Source of the DNA: Curvularia clavata
Lineage: Eukaryota
Reading direction: 5' to 3'
Length of the DNA: 64,000 bases
Assembly (NCBI GenBank): GCA_023920165.1
Contig: CP089277.1
Location: 2,666,001-2,730,000, forward strand
The first letter of the stretch is position 1. Each line of letters begins with the position of its first letter. This document shows, one piece after another, positions 1 through 11,598 of this stretch. Position numbers and translations under genes: made by a program. The notes beneath the pieces are model-generated. The model was not told the DNA's origin. It searched no databases and saw only the letters and a list, made by a program, of their open reading frames with translations.

Positions 1-165
1 TGGGTTGCCTCCGAAGCACCATATGACCGCGATTTTCTCACCCAATACAATGAGTGGACAATACCAAGCACCTCAGGCACCAAGACGAGCACTGGTTAAT
101 CAGACACCCACCAGAAGATCTCGATTCATCCATGGCTACATCCCCAACCCACCACCCCCTTCAAC

Positions 166-717
166 TTATCCCTTGAACCCCACAGCCTCCAGATTCGTCT
201 CCCCCACCTCCTTCCCCTTCGCAGCCGTGATCAATCCATCCAGCCAATCCTGATGCCCCAACAACATAGGATTCGGCTTTCGAGCCTCCCATTCCTTAAA
301 AATGCCTCCAATCTGACTCTCTTGCGTCAAAATACGCACACGCTGGCCCTCGAGATCCTCCACCACCCACGCATGATACACCTCCAGGCCCTCTGGCGTC
401 TTGGAACTCCACGCCAGGCGGCCCGCCCGCCCATTGCTCTCTGGCGCCAGCGACTCTTCCACCGTGCACGTCAGCGGCGGGAACCCAAAAGTCGAAAATT
501 TAAACACGTCGCCTTTGTGTAGAAAGCCGTTGCCCGTCTCTGGAGGGGTAATTTGTCCGCAGTTTTTGTAGTACGATTCCCATTTGGTGATGTTGGCGAG
601 GAGCGCCCAGATTTGTGTAGAGGTTATGTCTTTGGCGATGCGCTCGTTGGATACAAAGTTGTCGGTCGTGCCGGGGAGGAAGTGCGAGGGCCAGATGATG
701 GAGGACTGTGAGGACAT
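166..717 (-). CDS. SRPBCC/START-like (polyketide cyclase/dehydrase-like) protein, intronless, 183 aa
   Basis: Single clean ORF. Motifs IIWP..FLPGTTDNFVSNE, F.TFGFP, HAWVVEDL..RVRILTQESQ and PNPMLLGHQDWLDGL recall a bacterial-type SRPBCC family. Confidence 0.75.
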   Translation of the reverse strand: MSSQSSIIWPSHFLPGTTDNFVSNERIAKDITSTQIWALLANITKWESYYKNCGQITPPETGNGFLHKGDVFKFSTFGFPPLTCTVEESLAPESNGRAGRLAWSSKTPEGLEVYHAWVVEDLEGQRVRILTQESQIGGIFKEWEARKPNPMLLGHQDWLDGLITAAKGKEVGETNLEAVGFKG

Positions 718-1616
718 TTTTTTGCTTTTGGTGTATGTATATGCAAATTGCTAGTCAAATGAAAATCGCGTCAATGTTTAGGGGGCAATGGCAGCTTTGG
801 ACTTGTTGTGTTGTTAGGTGGATGTCGCTGGAATATTAACTAAATGTGATTGACGTTCGTAGCATGCTTATAAAGCATCGTTTCCGGAAGAGAGGAGGCC
901 GTTATGTACTACTTGCAGATCCTAGTAGCCCACCTCATGTTAGTATAGGCGGCGTCCATTTCAATTGCGTACACTGGCAAACATTGATTGGCGCTGGCGC
1001 AAAACAGACAGGGATCGGGGTCTAAACGTCATCGCAAAAGAAAAGATCCAGGCTAGCCAAAGACGACAACTATATGACGACGCGCAAACATGAGTAGAGT
1101 AGCACTGCAGTAATGTCATCGATAACCTTCACGCGGATTTCACAAATGCAAGTTGAAGACAGTGTAGAGTTTCCAATATATTATTACATGAATGCTCTAG
1201 CCTCGTCCCATATCCGCATTCACGAGGTCACATCGAATCGTATTGATCAAAGTCCATACTCGCGTCCAGACGCCCGTTATGGCAAGAGGAGATGAACGAA
1301 GGTCCAAGGAAAACCCCTCATGCAGACCTGGAAACAAATGTCGCATGTAACATACGCATGGACTGAAAAGAAAAAAAAGAAATTGGGAGTACACTGCCTC
1401 CCGGAAAAAGCGACCTTGTGCTCCACTCGAAGCGTTGTGGTACAAGATGCCGCAGGGTTTACTGGTTTTCAAAGAAAAGGAGGCGCCGAATCATGTGCTG
1501 GCTATCAGAACAGTTGTGTATGTGCTCTCAAGTTGATGCCATTGAGTGGGTAGTAGGACATGCCAACAAATACTTCGCAAATGAAGCATCCAGATAGAAA
1601 CATCAACAAGACACTT

Positions 1617-4600
1617 CTAGGCTGCTGCAAGCTTTGCCCAGGTCGTCGGCTGCTGAGTTGACGGTGCGCGAGTGTTGGTGTTGTTCGCCCATGACTTTGC
1701 CCCAGATGGATGAGGGGTGTTGCTGCTGGTGTATGGGCGATCAGCCTGACTCTGTTGCGATGCCTTGCGTGGACGATCCTTGGCACCGTTGGGAAAAGCT
1801 GCATTTGAGGCACCAGTGGGCTTGAGTTTGGCCTGTCGGGTCAACTTTGGGCCGTAGTGCTTCTTCTGAACAGACTTCGTCACGGTCTCTTTCATGTTTG
1901 GAAGACGTATGGCCACGTCGAACTTGCCCTTGTGCTGGGACGTCTTCTCGATGTCGAAAGCTTCAAGTCGGCGCATCGTGAACGGGTTCTCGTACTTTCT
2001 GTACTTGATGTGCAGGTCGTCCTTGGGGGCAGCCTTGGTCGGCAGATCCGCCGCTAGGTGAGGGACCTTGGACAACTTGACAGTGGGCAACGAGCCAAAC
2101 TCCCTGTCTTCAAAGAGAGCCTCGGCGCCTTTGCGGGTGATCACGTCTTTACCGCGGTCGTTCGAAAAAAAACTCTTCTGCGGGATGACAGGGAGAGATA
2201 CAGTGGCGGGACCAGTGGGTCCACGGACATCGAGGGAGGCTTTGGACAGAGCAGCTGGGGCGACAGCGCCTTGCTGTGGAACAACGGCAGGCGCCGGTGC
2301 GCTGGCCGAATGCGATGGTGCACGAGTGGGAGCCGTTCCGGGTTTGTCGAGCAGTTTGTTGAACCGAGCCTGCCATTCCGGACTCATGGCAAGGGGCCGA
2401 GCACCCAAGGCCTGTCCACGCGATGGCATGGTGACTTGAGGGGTGACGGCTTGGCCACTGCCAGATGCCGACGGAGGCAGACGCACAACAGGAGAGGGCT
2501 TTGGCAGCCTGACTGTTGGGTGTCCCGTCTCGCTGGTGAAAGCAGGGTGGGTGTCTGTCTCCGGGGGAGGAGGGGGGGAATCAGCCTTGCTCGAGGTGAG
2601 CGTTGCTGATGATGACGCCTCTGTCGACAAATCAGTTGGCCGAGGAAAGAAGCGGGACGGGCGAGAGCCAGTCGCTTGCTGAAGGGTGCCTTGACCAAGC
2701 ACCTGCTGCGGCGAATGACTTTCGGCGGCGGGCTTTGAGGCGTCGTCCTTCTTCAAACCCTCAACAAGACCTATGTCGGTTGCGACCTTGTCATGCAACT
2801 TGGCCTGGGCCTGACCGCGCTGATCCTTGAAGGTTTCACGCAGCTCAGGGCGGAAACCTTCTACCTGACGTTCACGGCCCTGCATGTTCTTCACCGCAAC
2901 ATCTTCGTCGTCCTTGCGGATGAGATCTCCGAAATTGGCCCAGCCGCCGCCAGTGACGGGGGGCTTGACCACCCTGGCCGACCTTGACGGCGGAACGGGC
3001 TGGCTGTGGGAGGGCCGCTGCTGAAGCATTGTTTGTGAGGCAGGCATGGGCCTGGTGGACTGTGGAGTAAGGTTTGGTGGAGCAATGGCAGTGCCAATGG
3101 GGGCTGCTGCTGCTGGTTGAACAGGAAGTTGCTGCTGGGCTCCAGGACGAGAAGACTGGCCTCGATAACTTGAATCAAAAGTACCGTTGCCAAGAGCGCG
3201 ATCTTTCGTTTGCGGAGGCCCCCACACCTGGGATGTCCAAGGTCTGGGTTGGGGTTGAGGCGGCGCTGTTGCTGGCGACCAAACGGCAGGTGGGCCCTGC
3301 GGCCGGGGGCCAGAAGGAACGGCGCTCTCTGATTGGCTCGCAGGAGTGTCCGAGTGAACAGACTGAATAGGCAGCCTCGACTTATCATTGTCACGCGCAA
3401 ACGAGTCAAACGATTGTCCAGGCTGTTGCTCGTGTGAATGCGGTGCTGTAGACGGTGCAGGGACCACGTGTTGGCCCGGTCGGGCGTGCTCCGTTTGCGG
3501 TGACTTTTTGACTGGGTGAGGCTGGTGCACTTTCATCATGCCATACTGAGTGACTTCGCCTTCCGCAGTCGGGACAGGTGGTTTCGGCGGCGGTGACTGC
3601 ACAGGAGCAGAAGCCGTCTTTTCTTTCTGCGGGAGCTTCTCAGGGCGTGAGGGAGACTGCTCCTTGGCCTTTGGCTTCTCAGGCGGGCCCATGGCAGCAA
3701 GCTTCTTAGCAAGGCGCTCTTTTCTCTCTGCCTCTGCTCGCCTCTCTGCTTCCTGGTCTTGTTGCTTCTTGAGACGAGCTCGCTCAATCTTCTCGGCCAT
3801 GAGGCGTTTCTGTACCTCGACAGGATTCTCCGCAGGCGGGGCTGGTGCTGTGTTCGGCGCGTCCTGGGCAGCGGATGAAGCAACAGAGCCATAGGGTGAA
3901 GCGGGGTGTGCGTGAGTAACGTTCGGAGACCTCATCTGTTGGAAAGGCGAGTGCCGAGAGGTCACTGACTCTGCATGGTCGTAGCCATTGACGGAATGCG
4001 ATTCACGACGCTCCATGTGCATTGGGCCAGTGGGCATGTCTGGTGCTCGTGGGTCTATCGACATGCGTCTAGGCATGCCACCACTGACGTTGGACGAGTT
4101 CCTCCGCCTGCCCCATGCAGGGCCGTCCGCACTTGCCCTCGAGGTCTGGAAGGCAGCTGACGGTTCTGCCGGGCCTTCTTGCGCAGGTCTCTGCAAAACC
4201 GAAGGTTGCTGTCGGAAGCCACTGTCGCGTGGACCGCCCCTCCGCACATCGTTGTGAACAGGCTCATATCGACCGCTTTGTGAATTGAAAAGCTCCCTTC
4301 CGTCTCGTCCGTCTCGTCCACCGCTGTCATTTCGCCATGAGCGATTGAAGTCGTCAGGGGCGATCTCCTTGGCGGGTGGTGGGGGCACGCTGTCGTAGGC
4401 ATGAGATTCCCGCTGCGAGTAACGCTGAGGAGGGAGCTGGTGTGCAGGAGGGTTGATTTGCACTGGTGACACCTTCTCAATAGGAGGCAGTGGTGCCCAT
4501 GGTGACTTCTTCTCGGTCGCAGATGGCTTGGCTACCAGCGTTGGCTTTTCTGGTTGACCCTTGAGGACTAGACTCGATTTTCCAGTAGGCTGTCCATGTG

Positions 4601-5705
4601 CTCCAGGCTTCAAAATAGTCTTGTTTCCACCGGTGACGCTGGGCTTAGAGACATTCGCAGTTGGAGCTGGAGATGTTGAAGGTTTCGGTGTCTCGGCGGG
4701 TGTCTCAGCGGGTGTCTCGGGCTTGAGTATCGTCTTTGGCTCCTCCGCAGGCGGAGCTGGCGTTTCTGATGGCACTGCAACCGAAGACTTTGTTCCGTCC
4801 ATCCATTGCACAGTTTCCGGAGCCCAGTCGTCCTCATCATCGTCAATATCAGCCCACTTGGCTTCCTTGCCTGCCTCGTCGGCCTGTAAGCGCGTCGCCA
4901 GATGAATTCCGTACTGCTGCTTCAACTCCTCGTCGGTGAACTGCTTTGGTGGAGGTGGAGGTACTGGCTGGTTCTTATTCCAGACTTTGCTCGCATCTGG
5001 ACCTGCGCCCGCGCCATTGGCCTGTCCGAGCGTACGTGGGGTATTGCTGCCGCCCGATTTGGCAACGAGGCGGGGTTTTGCCGAAAGCACGTTGGAAGTT
5101 TTGAGCGGTGCAGCAGGTGTAGCTTTATCTCCAGGTCGCGCAGCAGGGGTTGAGGGAACCGTTTTCGCCAAAAAGCTCTTAGTCACAGATACCGACTTGA
5201 AAGGCTGCTTCTTAGCTGTCGAGCCTGTCCGCACATGGCTCCCATCCCGTTTCGACTGGTCAACACTGCCAGGACGACTGATATCCGTATCTGAACCGCC
5301 GCTCGTGTCGGCCACAGCCTGCGAGTCGGCCACCGAGAGTTCGCTGGAGCCCCCAAGAAGGTGGGGTTGTTTAGTCTCATGCTGTGATGCGCCTGACTGC
5401 TTGTTGTCGGCCTACCACTGTCAATGCCACCGCCTTTGCCCCTAATTGTTGTTACTTACATCTGCCGCTTGTCCTTCGTCCCTCTGCGACATAAGTGCTC
5501 CACTATCCGAAGCTGTGTTTATGCCGTTTACAGCGGATTTGGATGAGGTCGCTTCGGGTGGAGTCAGTTTCGTGGTCGGTGTGCCCGAGGGCGGTTCGCC
5601 GTTCACGGCGGGGTTGTTGGTAGTTGACGCAGAGTCGTCGATGGGCGCAGGACGTCCCACCGACTGTGCTTCCTTTACCACATCGTTGGCAACCTGCTCT
5701 GCCAT
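1617..5705 (-). CDS. Large low-complexity Pro/Gln/Ser/Arg-rich fungal protein (about 1346 aa), 2 exons; function unknown
   Basis: ATG at 5705 (MAEQVAND). Exon 1 is 5460-5705. A phase-0 intron at 5412-5459 (GTAAGT...TTGAC...TAG) joins it in frame to the 1238-aa ORF. Conserved-looking islands: KVWNKNQP, YGIHLATRL, KWADIDDDEDDW, SPWAPLPP and a central coiled coil. Confidence 0.8.
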
Positions 5706-6659
5706 AACAGTTTCCGGAACTGCAGTGGCGCAAGAATGAATGTCAGAAGAATGTTCGTGCTTAGGATTGTAGATAGAATTTGGTGGGAGTGGCGCCAGCT
5801 GGTGCGAGTCCGGATGCCCGCGATCCCGCATATGCGACCTCTAAGCTAAGAAAAGTTGGAGGTAATCACCTAATGTCAGATGCTAAGAGTCGCCACAGAT
5901 ATTGAGTAGGCGCTTCCGCAGAATCGCTATCTGCAAGGTCGTGGCTTCACGCGGCGGGTGGTGCGAGTGGTTTCGAGGGTAACGAGGGTTTCAAGGTGGA
6001 GCTGGCGGGCTGAGCGGGCTGGCGGGCAGTCGCGAACACGTGCGAAGTCGCGCTGGTATACCGAACGGCGTGGGCTCGTGGCCGGGAGGGAGAATTTGGG
6101 GAGAAGGAGCCCTTTTGTGGCGGGGCGATTTGCGGTTGAGGATGGATGTATAGGAGGTTGAGGCGGTAGTAGCCACGATGGTGAGAGGCGCTAGTCTTGG
6201 CATGGGCTGGGGCCTTCTTTGTACGTGGTATGACGAGCGTTTGCGCCTATCACGCCCTCGAGTGCCGCATCAACGATTCACGCATGTGCTATTGATAGGG
6301 GGGAGCATTGCAGAGTCACCAGTACGATCACGAGCGCAGGCTGTGATAGCCACGTGAGAGCCATTCAACACCTCAAACAGACGTATGACTGGGCGATGTG
6401 ATACAGGGCAAATTTCTGATAGCAGCTACCATCTGGTGTCTTGTCATAAAAAGCATATAGTCATTGCAGCCCAAGGATATTGTCCGAGGCGGTGCAGCCT
6501 GTTCTGTGCTGAAACTTGGGCTGAAAAAAAGAAAGAAGACATGGCAAAGCGCACGATCAAAGGGAGCATCTTCGCAGATTGCTTGATTCCGTCTACACTT
6601 TAGATATACAAGTGCTGTCTATCCGCTCATGGTCATCCAGCGCATTTCAATCGAGCCGC

Positions 6660-7338
6660 TTAGTGCTCGTTGTTCTTGTGGTGGCCTGTCGTTTGTGAGT
6701 CACCTCGTCTCATCCATGCAGCTAATCAAACTTACGGAGATGGAAGTAGTAGTTCTGGGCGTAACCAAGCGCGATCAAGAAGCCAATCACGTGGACAAGC
6801 GCTGTGCTCGGTCAGTCTCATGTTTAGTATGCCATAATTTGCCTTTTTTGGGTGCGAGAGCGGATCTCTTCCTGGGCTTTGCCAGATGTACTTACGCCTT
6901 CCTGATGGGTTCTTGCCCATGTACTTCTTCTGGTAGCGTCCGAGAAGACCCTTGGCCTCGGGCTCGGGAGCTGGGCCACGGGGAAGCTTCTCGTAGAAGT
7001 TGACGACCTTCTGCATGCGGACGGCATTGGGGGAGGAGCCGATAGCCTAGCGAATTTATCAGCTCTGCTCTGGGTTGTGATACATTGAGCTCTGGGGGTG
7101 CGATGCGATCTGCTCGGGTAGTCATGGTGGTGGGTGTGGTTTGCGGTGTTCCAAAATATAGGTGGTCGCGGTTGCGGGTCTTCGGAACGTCGTGGGCGTA
7201 TGCTGGGGGAGAGTTCTTACATTAGGAGAGGCAATCTGTAGAGAATTGTCAGTGAGATGCGCCAGAGGAGGGGTGGAGAGAAAGCCGGACCTTGGGGGGG
7301 ATGAGGGTCGAGAGACCGCGCTTGGTGATGAAGCTCAT
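6660..7338 (-). CDS. ATP17: Mitochondrial F1Fo ATP synthase subunit f
   Basis: Five coding exons: 7291-7338, 7221-7235, 6896-7046, 6736-6801, 6660-6685. They give [48 protein letters not shown]...PLVHVIGFLIALGYAQNYYFHLRHHKNNEH, typical of subunit f. There is also a 5'UTR intron at 7347-7409. Confidence 0.93.
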
Positions 7339-7580
7339 CTTGACGGCTATAGCTCAATTAGCATCAATTGCCTCCTCTCTAAGTAGCTGTCTGAGTTCGC
7401 GCGACGTACCAGGGCGGGCAAGACGATGGAGTGGAGATGGAGGTCGTGCGGTCGGTGGTGAGGTTCGAGAAGAAAGCTGCAACGGATTATGCCGGGGCGC
7501 TTTTCGCCAAGCAGCCACCCCAGCTTCAACTCAACGACATCACCGAACATCGTGCACGCCACATCGACACCACAACCACT

Positions 7581-8359
7581 ATGTCTGCCCTACCCAGGTC
7601 AATTGGATCACGGATGCTTGCGCCTGCCCTGAGGCCTTCGGCGACTAGGGCCATCGCCCCCTCCTACCGCGCGTACTCGACCAACGAAACCACTCCACAC
7701 GAACACAAGACGAGCTCCGAGGATGCGCCTGCAGTCAAGCTCACCAGCTCTTCTACTCAGATCCGGGAGGAGGGTGCGGCTGAAGGAATGAGGCACCGCC
7801 CTGACTACAACGTCGCGATCGATTACCGTGTCTCGTGCGTCACTAAGGAACCCGGAGCGGCATAGATAGGGCTAACATCTTGCCAGCAACTTCTCCCCCA
7901 TTCCCAAGCGTGTTATGGACGGAAGCGAGCCCGGCGATAGCGTGCCTGCTGCTGTTCTCTCTGGCGCTCCAACCGATCTCCAGGCGCGTACTGTTCGGTA
8001 CGTCAGCCCCGCTCACCGGATATTAAAACATAATACTAATTGTTCCCAGCATCTACAAGCCCTCTAAGACGGCCACACAGTCTGGTGATTGGAACGCATC
8101 GCACTGGCTCATGGACTGGGACGTTCTTCCCAAGGGCCACCGGTGGGAGAACCCGCTCATGGGCTGGCAATCATCGGCCGACTTCATGAACGGACACCGG
8201 ATACAGTTCAAGACCAAGGAGGACGCCATCAACTTTGCTAACAAGCAAGGCTACGAGTACTTTGTTCAGGAACCCAACAAGCGAAAGTTTGTTCCCAAGG
8301 CCTATGCCAACCTGTTCACTCACAGCCCCAAGAAGCTGAAGATCATTACAACCAAATAA
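7581..8359 (+). CDS. NDUFS4: Complex I accessory subunit NDUFS4/NUYM (18-21 kDa)
   Basis: Arg/Ser/Ala-rich presequence MSALPRSIGSRMLAPALRPSATR. Introns at 7835-7886 and 7998-8049. Hallmarks RIYKPSKTATQSG, RWENPLMGWQSSAD and F.TKEDAI.FA.KQGY.Y. Confidence 0.93.
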
Positions 8360-8860
8360 GTGTTGGATCCAGCAGAAGAAGAGCAGGTGTTTCTACGCCA
8401 TTGGTTTATACTCTCAATATCACTGTTGTTCAATTGACACTTGTGACCTTCATATTTCTGTTATGTCTGTACTGCCAGCTTTTGGCGACGCTGTCCGCCT
8501 CTGTGGTATTTCTAACCTTTTCCAATAACGCATACAGGCGGTCTCATGTCTCTGTGCTGTCTTTTCGCTAGATGGTATGGCATCTCAAAGGTTTGTTTGT
8601 CGTCAATTTCCCTTGTCGTCATCTCCGCTTCCGTTCGTCGCCCAAAACGTCACATTCACTTTCGTCGCGCCACTACCAGCCTCGCCAGGGCAAACTGGCC
8701 ACACATTTACAAAATCCTGCTCATACTCGACTGGATCTACCCTTCCATCCCTTAGCACCAGCGCTCGTATCTACTGTATATTGCGTCCTGCCCTACCTAT
8801 TGTACGTTGCCTCTTGTCACGTCTTGATATTACGCCTTGCACTGCAATCAAACCGAGAAA

Positions 8861-9272
8861 ATGGGTCGCAGCGGCTACGACACCACGTATGTCTGCAATG
8901 ACAAGAACTCTGCTGCTGCCGATGTGGTCGCCATGGTCAACCATCAGCGCGCCCAGAACGCGGTAAGGATACTGAGCACATCTACGGCAGATACAATCTG
9001 CTAACACCTAAGCAGGAAGCCCTCGAGCGAGCCGCGGCCGCCGCCCTGGAAGCCAAACTCATCAAGAACAAGCGCTCGCGCGGGATCAAAGTAGTTAACA
9101 ACACAGCGATGCCCCTCTTTGTCACAGAAGTACAATCTGTTGTTGTTCGGAACTAACATTCTGATGCAGGCATCGCAGAAGGTCGCCGCCGCAGAAAAAA
9201 AGGCCGCCGCTGCCCTTGCCGACGTTCAGGCCAGCTCCAAGTCGTCTGGAACAGGAACTAAACGCTAAATAA
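8861..9272 (+). CDS. Small spliced gene starting MGRSGYDTT; isoform depends on donor choice (91, 67 or 34 aa)
   Basis: ATG at 8861 in AAAATG context. Donors GTATGT (8887) and GTAAGG (8963); branch GCTAAC with CAG acceptor at 9015; second intron 9091-9169 (GTAGTT...ACTAAC...CAG). Not represented correctly in the ORF track. Confidence 0.6.
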
Positions 9273-9743
9273 ACGGCCTGTTTCGTCAAAGAAGGCCCTG
9301 GACGTAGTGATGTCACTGCCATGCGAACAACAGTAACAGACGCTAAGCGGTGCTACCATCATCACCCCAGCTGTACAAAGCCATTCACCGTTTGTTTCTA
9401 GCACGTCACGTCTTGTAAGATACCCAAAAGGCAGCGCCAAGCACCTTGATTCAGAAAAGTGTGTTGGAGTTGGGAGGAGTAACAACACTGTATAAAGAAG
9501 TGAGGAGGAAGCTTAATGGCAGGCGTTGGAACAATAGTGCTGTAAGATAAGGAAGGACTTGATTACAATATGTAAAGAAGCAGAGTGTGTGAGAGAAAGG
9601 GAGCAAAGTAATCCAATCATGAAATTCGTCAACTTCGTTAAGAATCTACAAGCCTTTTTTTGCTTTCGGTCTATTATATACTAAATTTGTATACACACAA
9701 TGAATAGCTCAAAAAAAATTCAACATCAGCAAGGGATATCTCT

Positions 9744-10543
9744 CTACGATTGCAAAGTCCTCCACCTAGCGGGCGTAACTTTCCTCGCCTTTACGCCGCC
9801 AATGGCGCGAATGGCCGTCTTAGTCGGCTCGAGGAACTTGGCCGCCATTTTCTGCACGCCTGTGCTCAGATTCGGGTGCTCGCCGTCATCTGTATCCTTG
9901 ACGGGGTCGAAGCCAGAGAAGTTGTCGACAAAGTAGACGGGACTTTGGGCGGTGCTCTTGCCAGGCGCATACTTTGCGATTTCGGCATTCAGGTCCTTGA
10001 TTCCTTGGACGGCGCGAGCGGGAAAGCGTGCGGGATCCAGGGGCGGCAAGTTAGAAAAGATGATTTGCATCTTGGGGTTCTTGTTGCGCATGTCATTGAG
10101 AAGGATGTCGTAGGCAGACTTGATTTCGACAATGGGTTTTTGGCCGATGAGCACATCGTTGGTGCCGATGAGCATGATGACTACGTCTGGAGGGTTCTGG
10201 TTCAGCCAGCCGGTTAAGTTGGCGTAGGCGGCAAAGGTAGTGGCTTGGGATCCTGGGTGGCCTTCGTGATTTTGGTCGACGTTGCTACCGGTGCAGGAAC
10301 TTGTTTGGCTGCCGACGAAGTCAAAGTTGGTGATGCCTGCACTACGGAGGGAGGCTTGCAGGTTGGCGCGCCAGCATCGCTGAGGTCAAGGTTAGTAAAT
10401 GGAGTGCTTTGTGGAATCTCAAGGCATTGAAGACTTACAGAGACGATGGAGGCGCCAAAGGGCATAATCTTGACCGTTCTTTGTGCGCATACCTCAGTAG
10501 CCAGACTGAGAAGCCCGAGGGCTAGAGCACCGAATTTGACCAT
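9744..10543 (-). CDS. Secreted SGNH/GDSL hydrolase, carbohydrate esterase family 3-like
   Basis: Signal peptide MVKFGALALGLLSLATEVCA. Intron at 10380-10438. Blocks KIMPFGASIV, FDFVGS, HEGHPG, LIGTND and DGEHPN. Confidence 0.85.
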
Positions 10544-11570
10544 GATGGATGATTGACCGGGGTCTCAAAAGGCGTTCGTGAACAACTCCGAAGGGGTTCC
10601 CTTTTTCCAAAAGCGCGATTCCAAAGGGGAAAGTCGATATATAAAGTGACTATATATAGCGAGTAACTGGTGGCGATGGAATAGAGTTTGGTGGACGGCA
10701 GCCGGGGTTTTGTCAGATTACCGGCCGGATCGAAATGCGGGAGAATAGGAGTATGTATGTAACCGCCGTTCTATACGAGAAGGGACGGAGTAATTTTATT
10801 GTATTCAGATTCGGAGGCGGGCCGGGTGAATTAGATAGCTAAACCCTGTGGCGATCCCGATGATGAGACGCAAGTATGGGCGTACAATAAAGCTAGGGCC
10901 GGGTTCGCAAAGGGTTATGTACAATTAGCGGAACGAGTAATTTACGAGATACCGCGAAGGATGGTGCCTGCAATAAAACAAAACTCGTGGAGCTGCAAAG
11001 GCGTGCTCCCTTATATCTGAGAGTCAGGCCGACATACGCTGAACGCTAGGTACAGCCCAGACGACCTGGACGGCGGAGTACCGAGCGGAAACCTGTTTCC
11101 AGGCGTGCAGCCCACACACCCTCCGTCTCCATAAAAGTCGCTAAAGAAAAAGAGGCAGTGTAGAGGGAGGGGTGCATGACTGGGGGGGCGGGTGCAAAGG
11201 GCGGCGCGTGGTGCGATTGTTGTAGAGGCACGAAGCGGCGGTACCTGTCTGATGCAAGACGGAGAGGCCAACCCTGTCAAGACTCCACATTGAGTCTAGA
11301 CAGCGCCTGGTAGGGCTATTAGACGGCTAACAAAGCTAGCAAGTCTAGTCTGACGTTGGCGAACCGTATACGGAGGGGGGTGAGCAGACAGGGGTGACGG
11401 ACCATCTGGCCCAAAGTGTGAGAACGGTGTTCCATGTCGTGTCGCTCACCCACCCAACAGGACCTCTTGTCTTGTTTCAGACGCTGCCGGTTTCGACGTG
11501 ACAAACGCGACGGAAAAGCAATCCACCCATAGTGGAGCGTATATGGTGATGGCAGTTTTGCCGATATACG

Positions 11571-11598
11571 CTCCTTTGGCTCCTTTGGCTCCTTTGGC
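11571..11598. repeat. Tandem 9-mer (CTCCTTTGG)x3
   Basis: Read directly in intergenic DNA. Confidence 0.9.

Noticed and set aside
7047..7220. Unusually long ATP17 intron as a possible snoRNA host
   Set aside because: No convincing box C/D pair or H/ACA hairpin pair was seen.
7431..7580. In-frame upstream extension of NDUFS4 in the ORF track
   Set aside because: It occupies the shared promoter, and the mitochondrial presequence clearly begins at ATG 7581.
10858..11021. ATGATGA...CTGA as a possible C/D snoRNA
   Set aside because: No terminal stem and no recognisable rRNA guide; such short motifs occur by chance.
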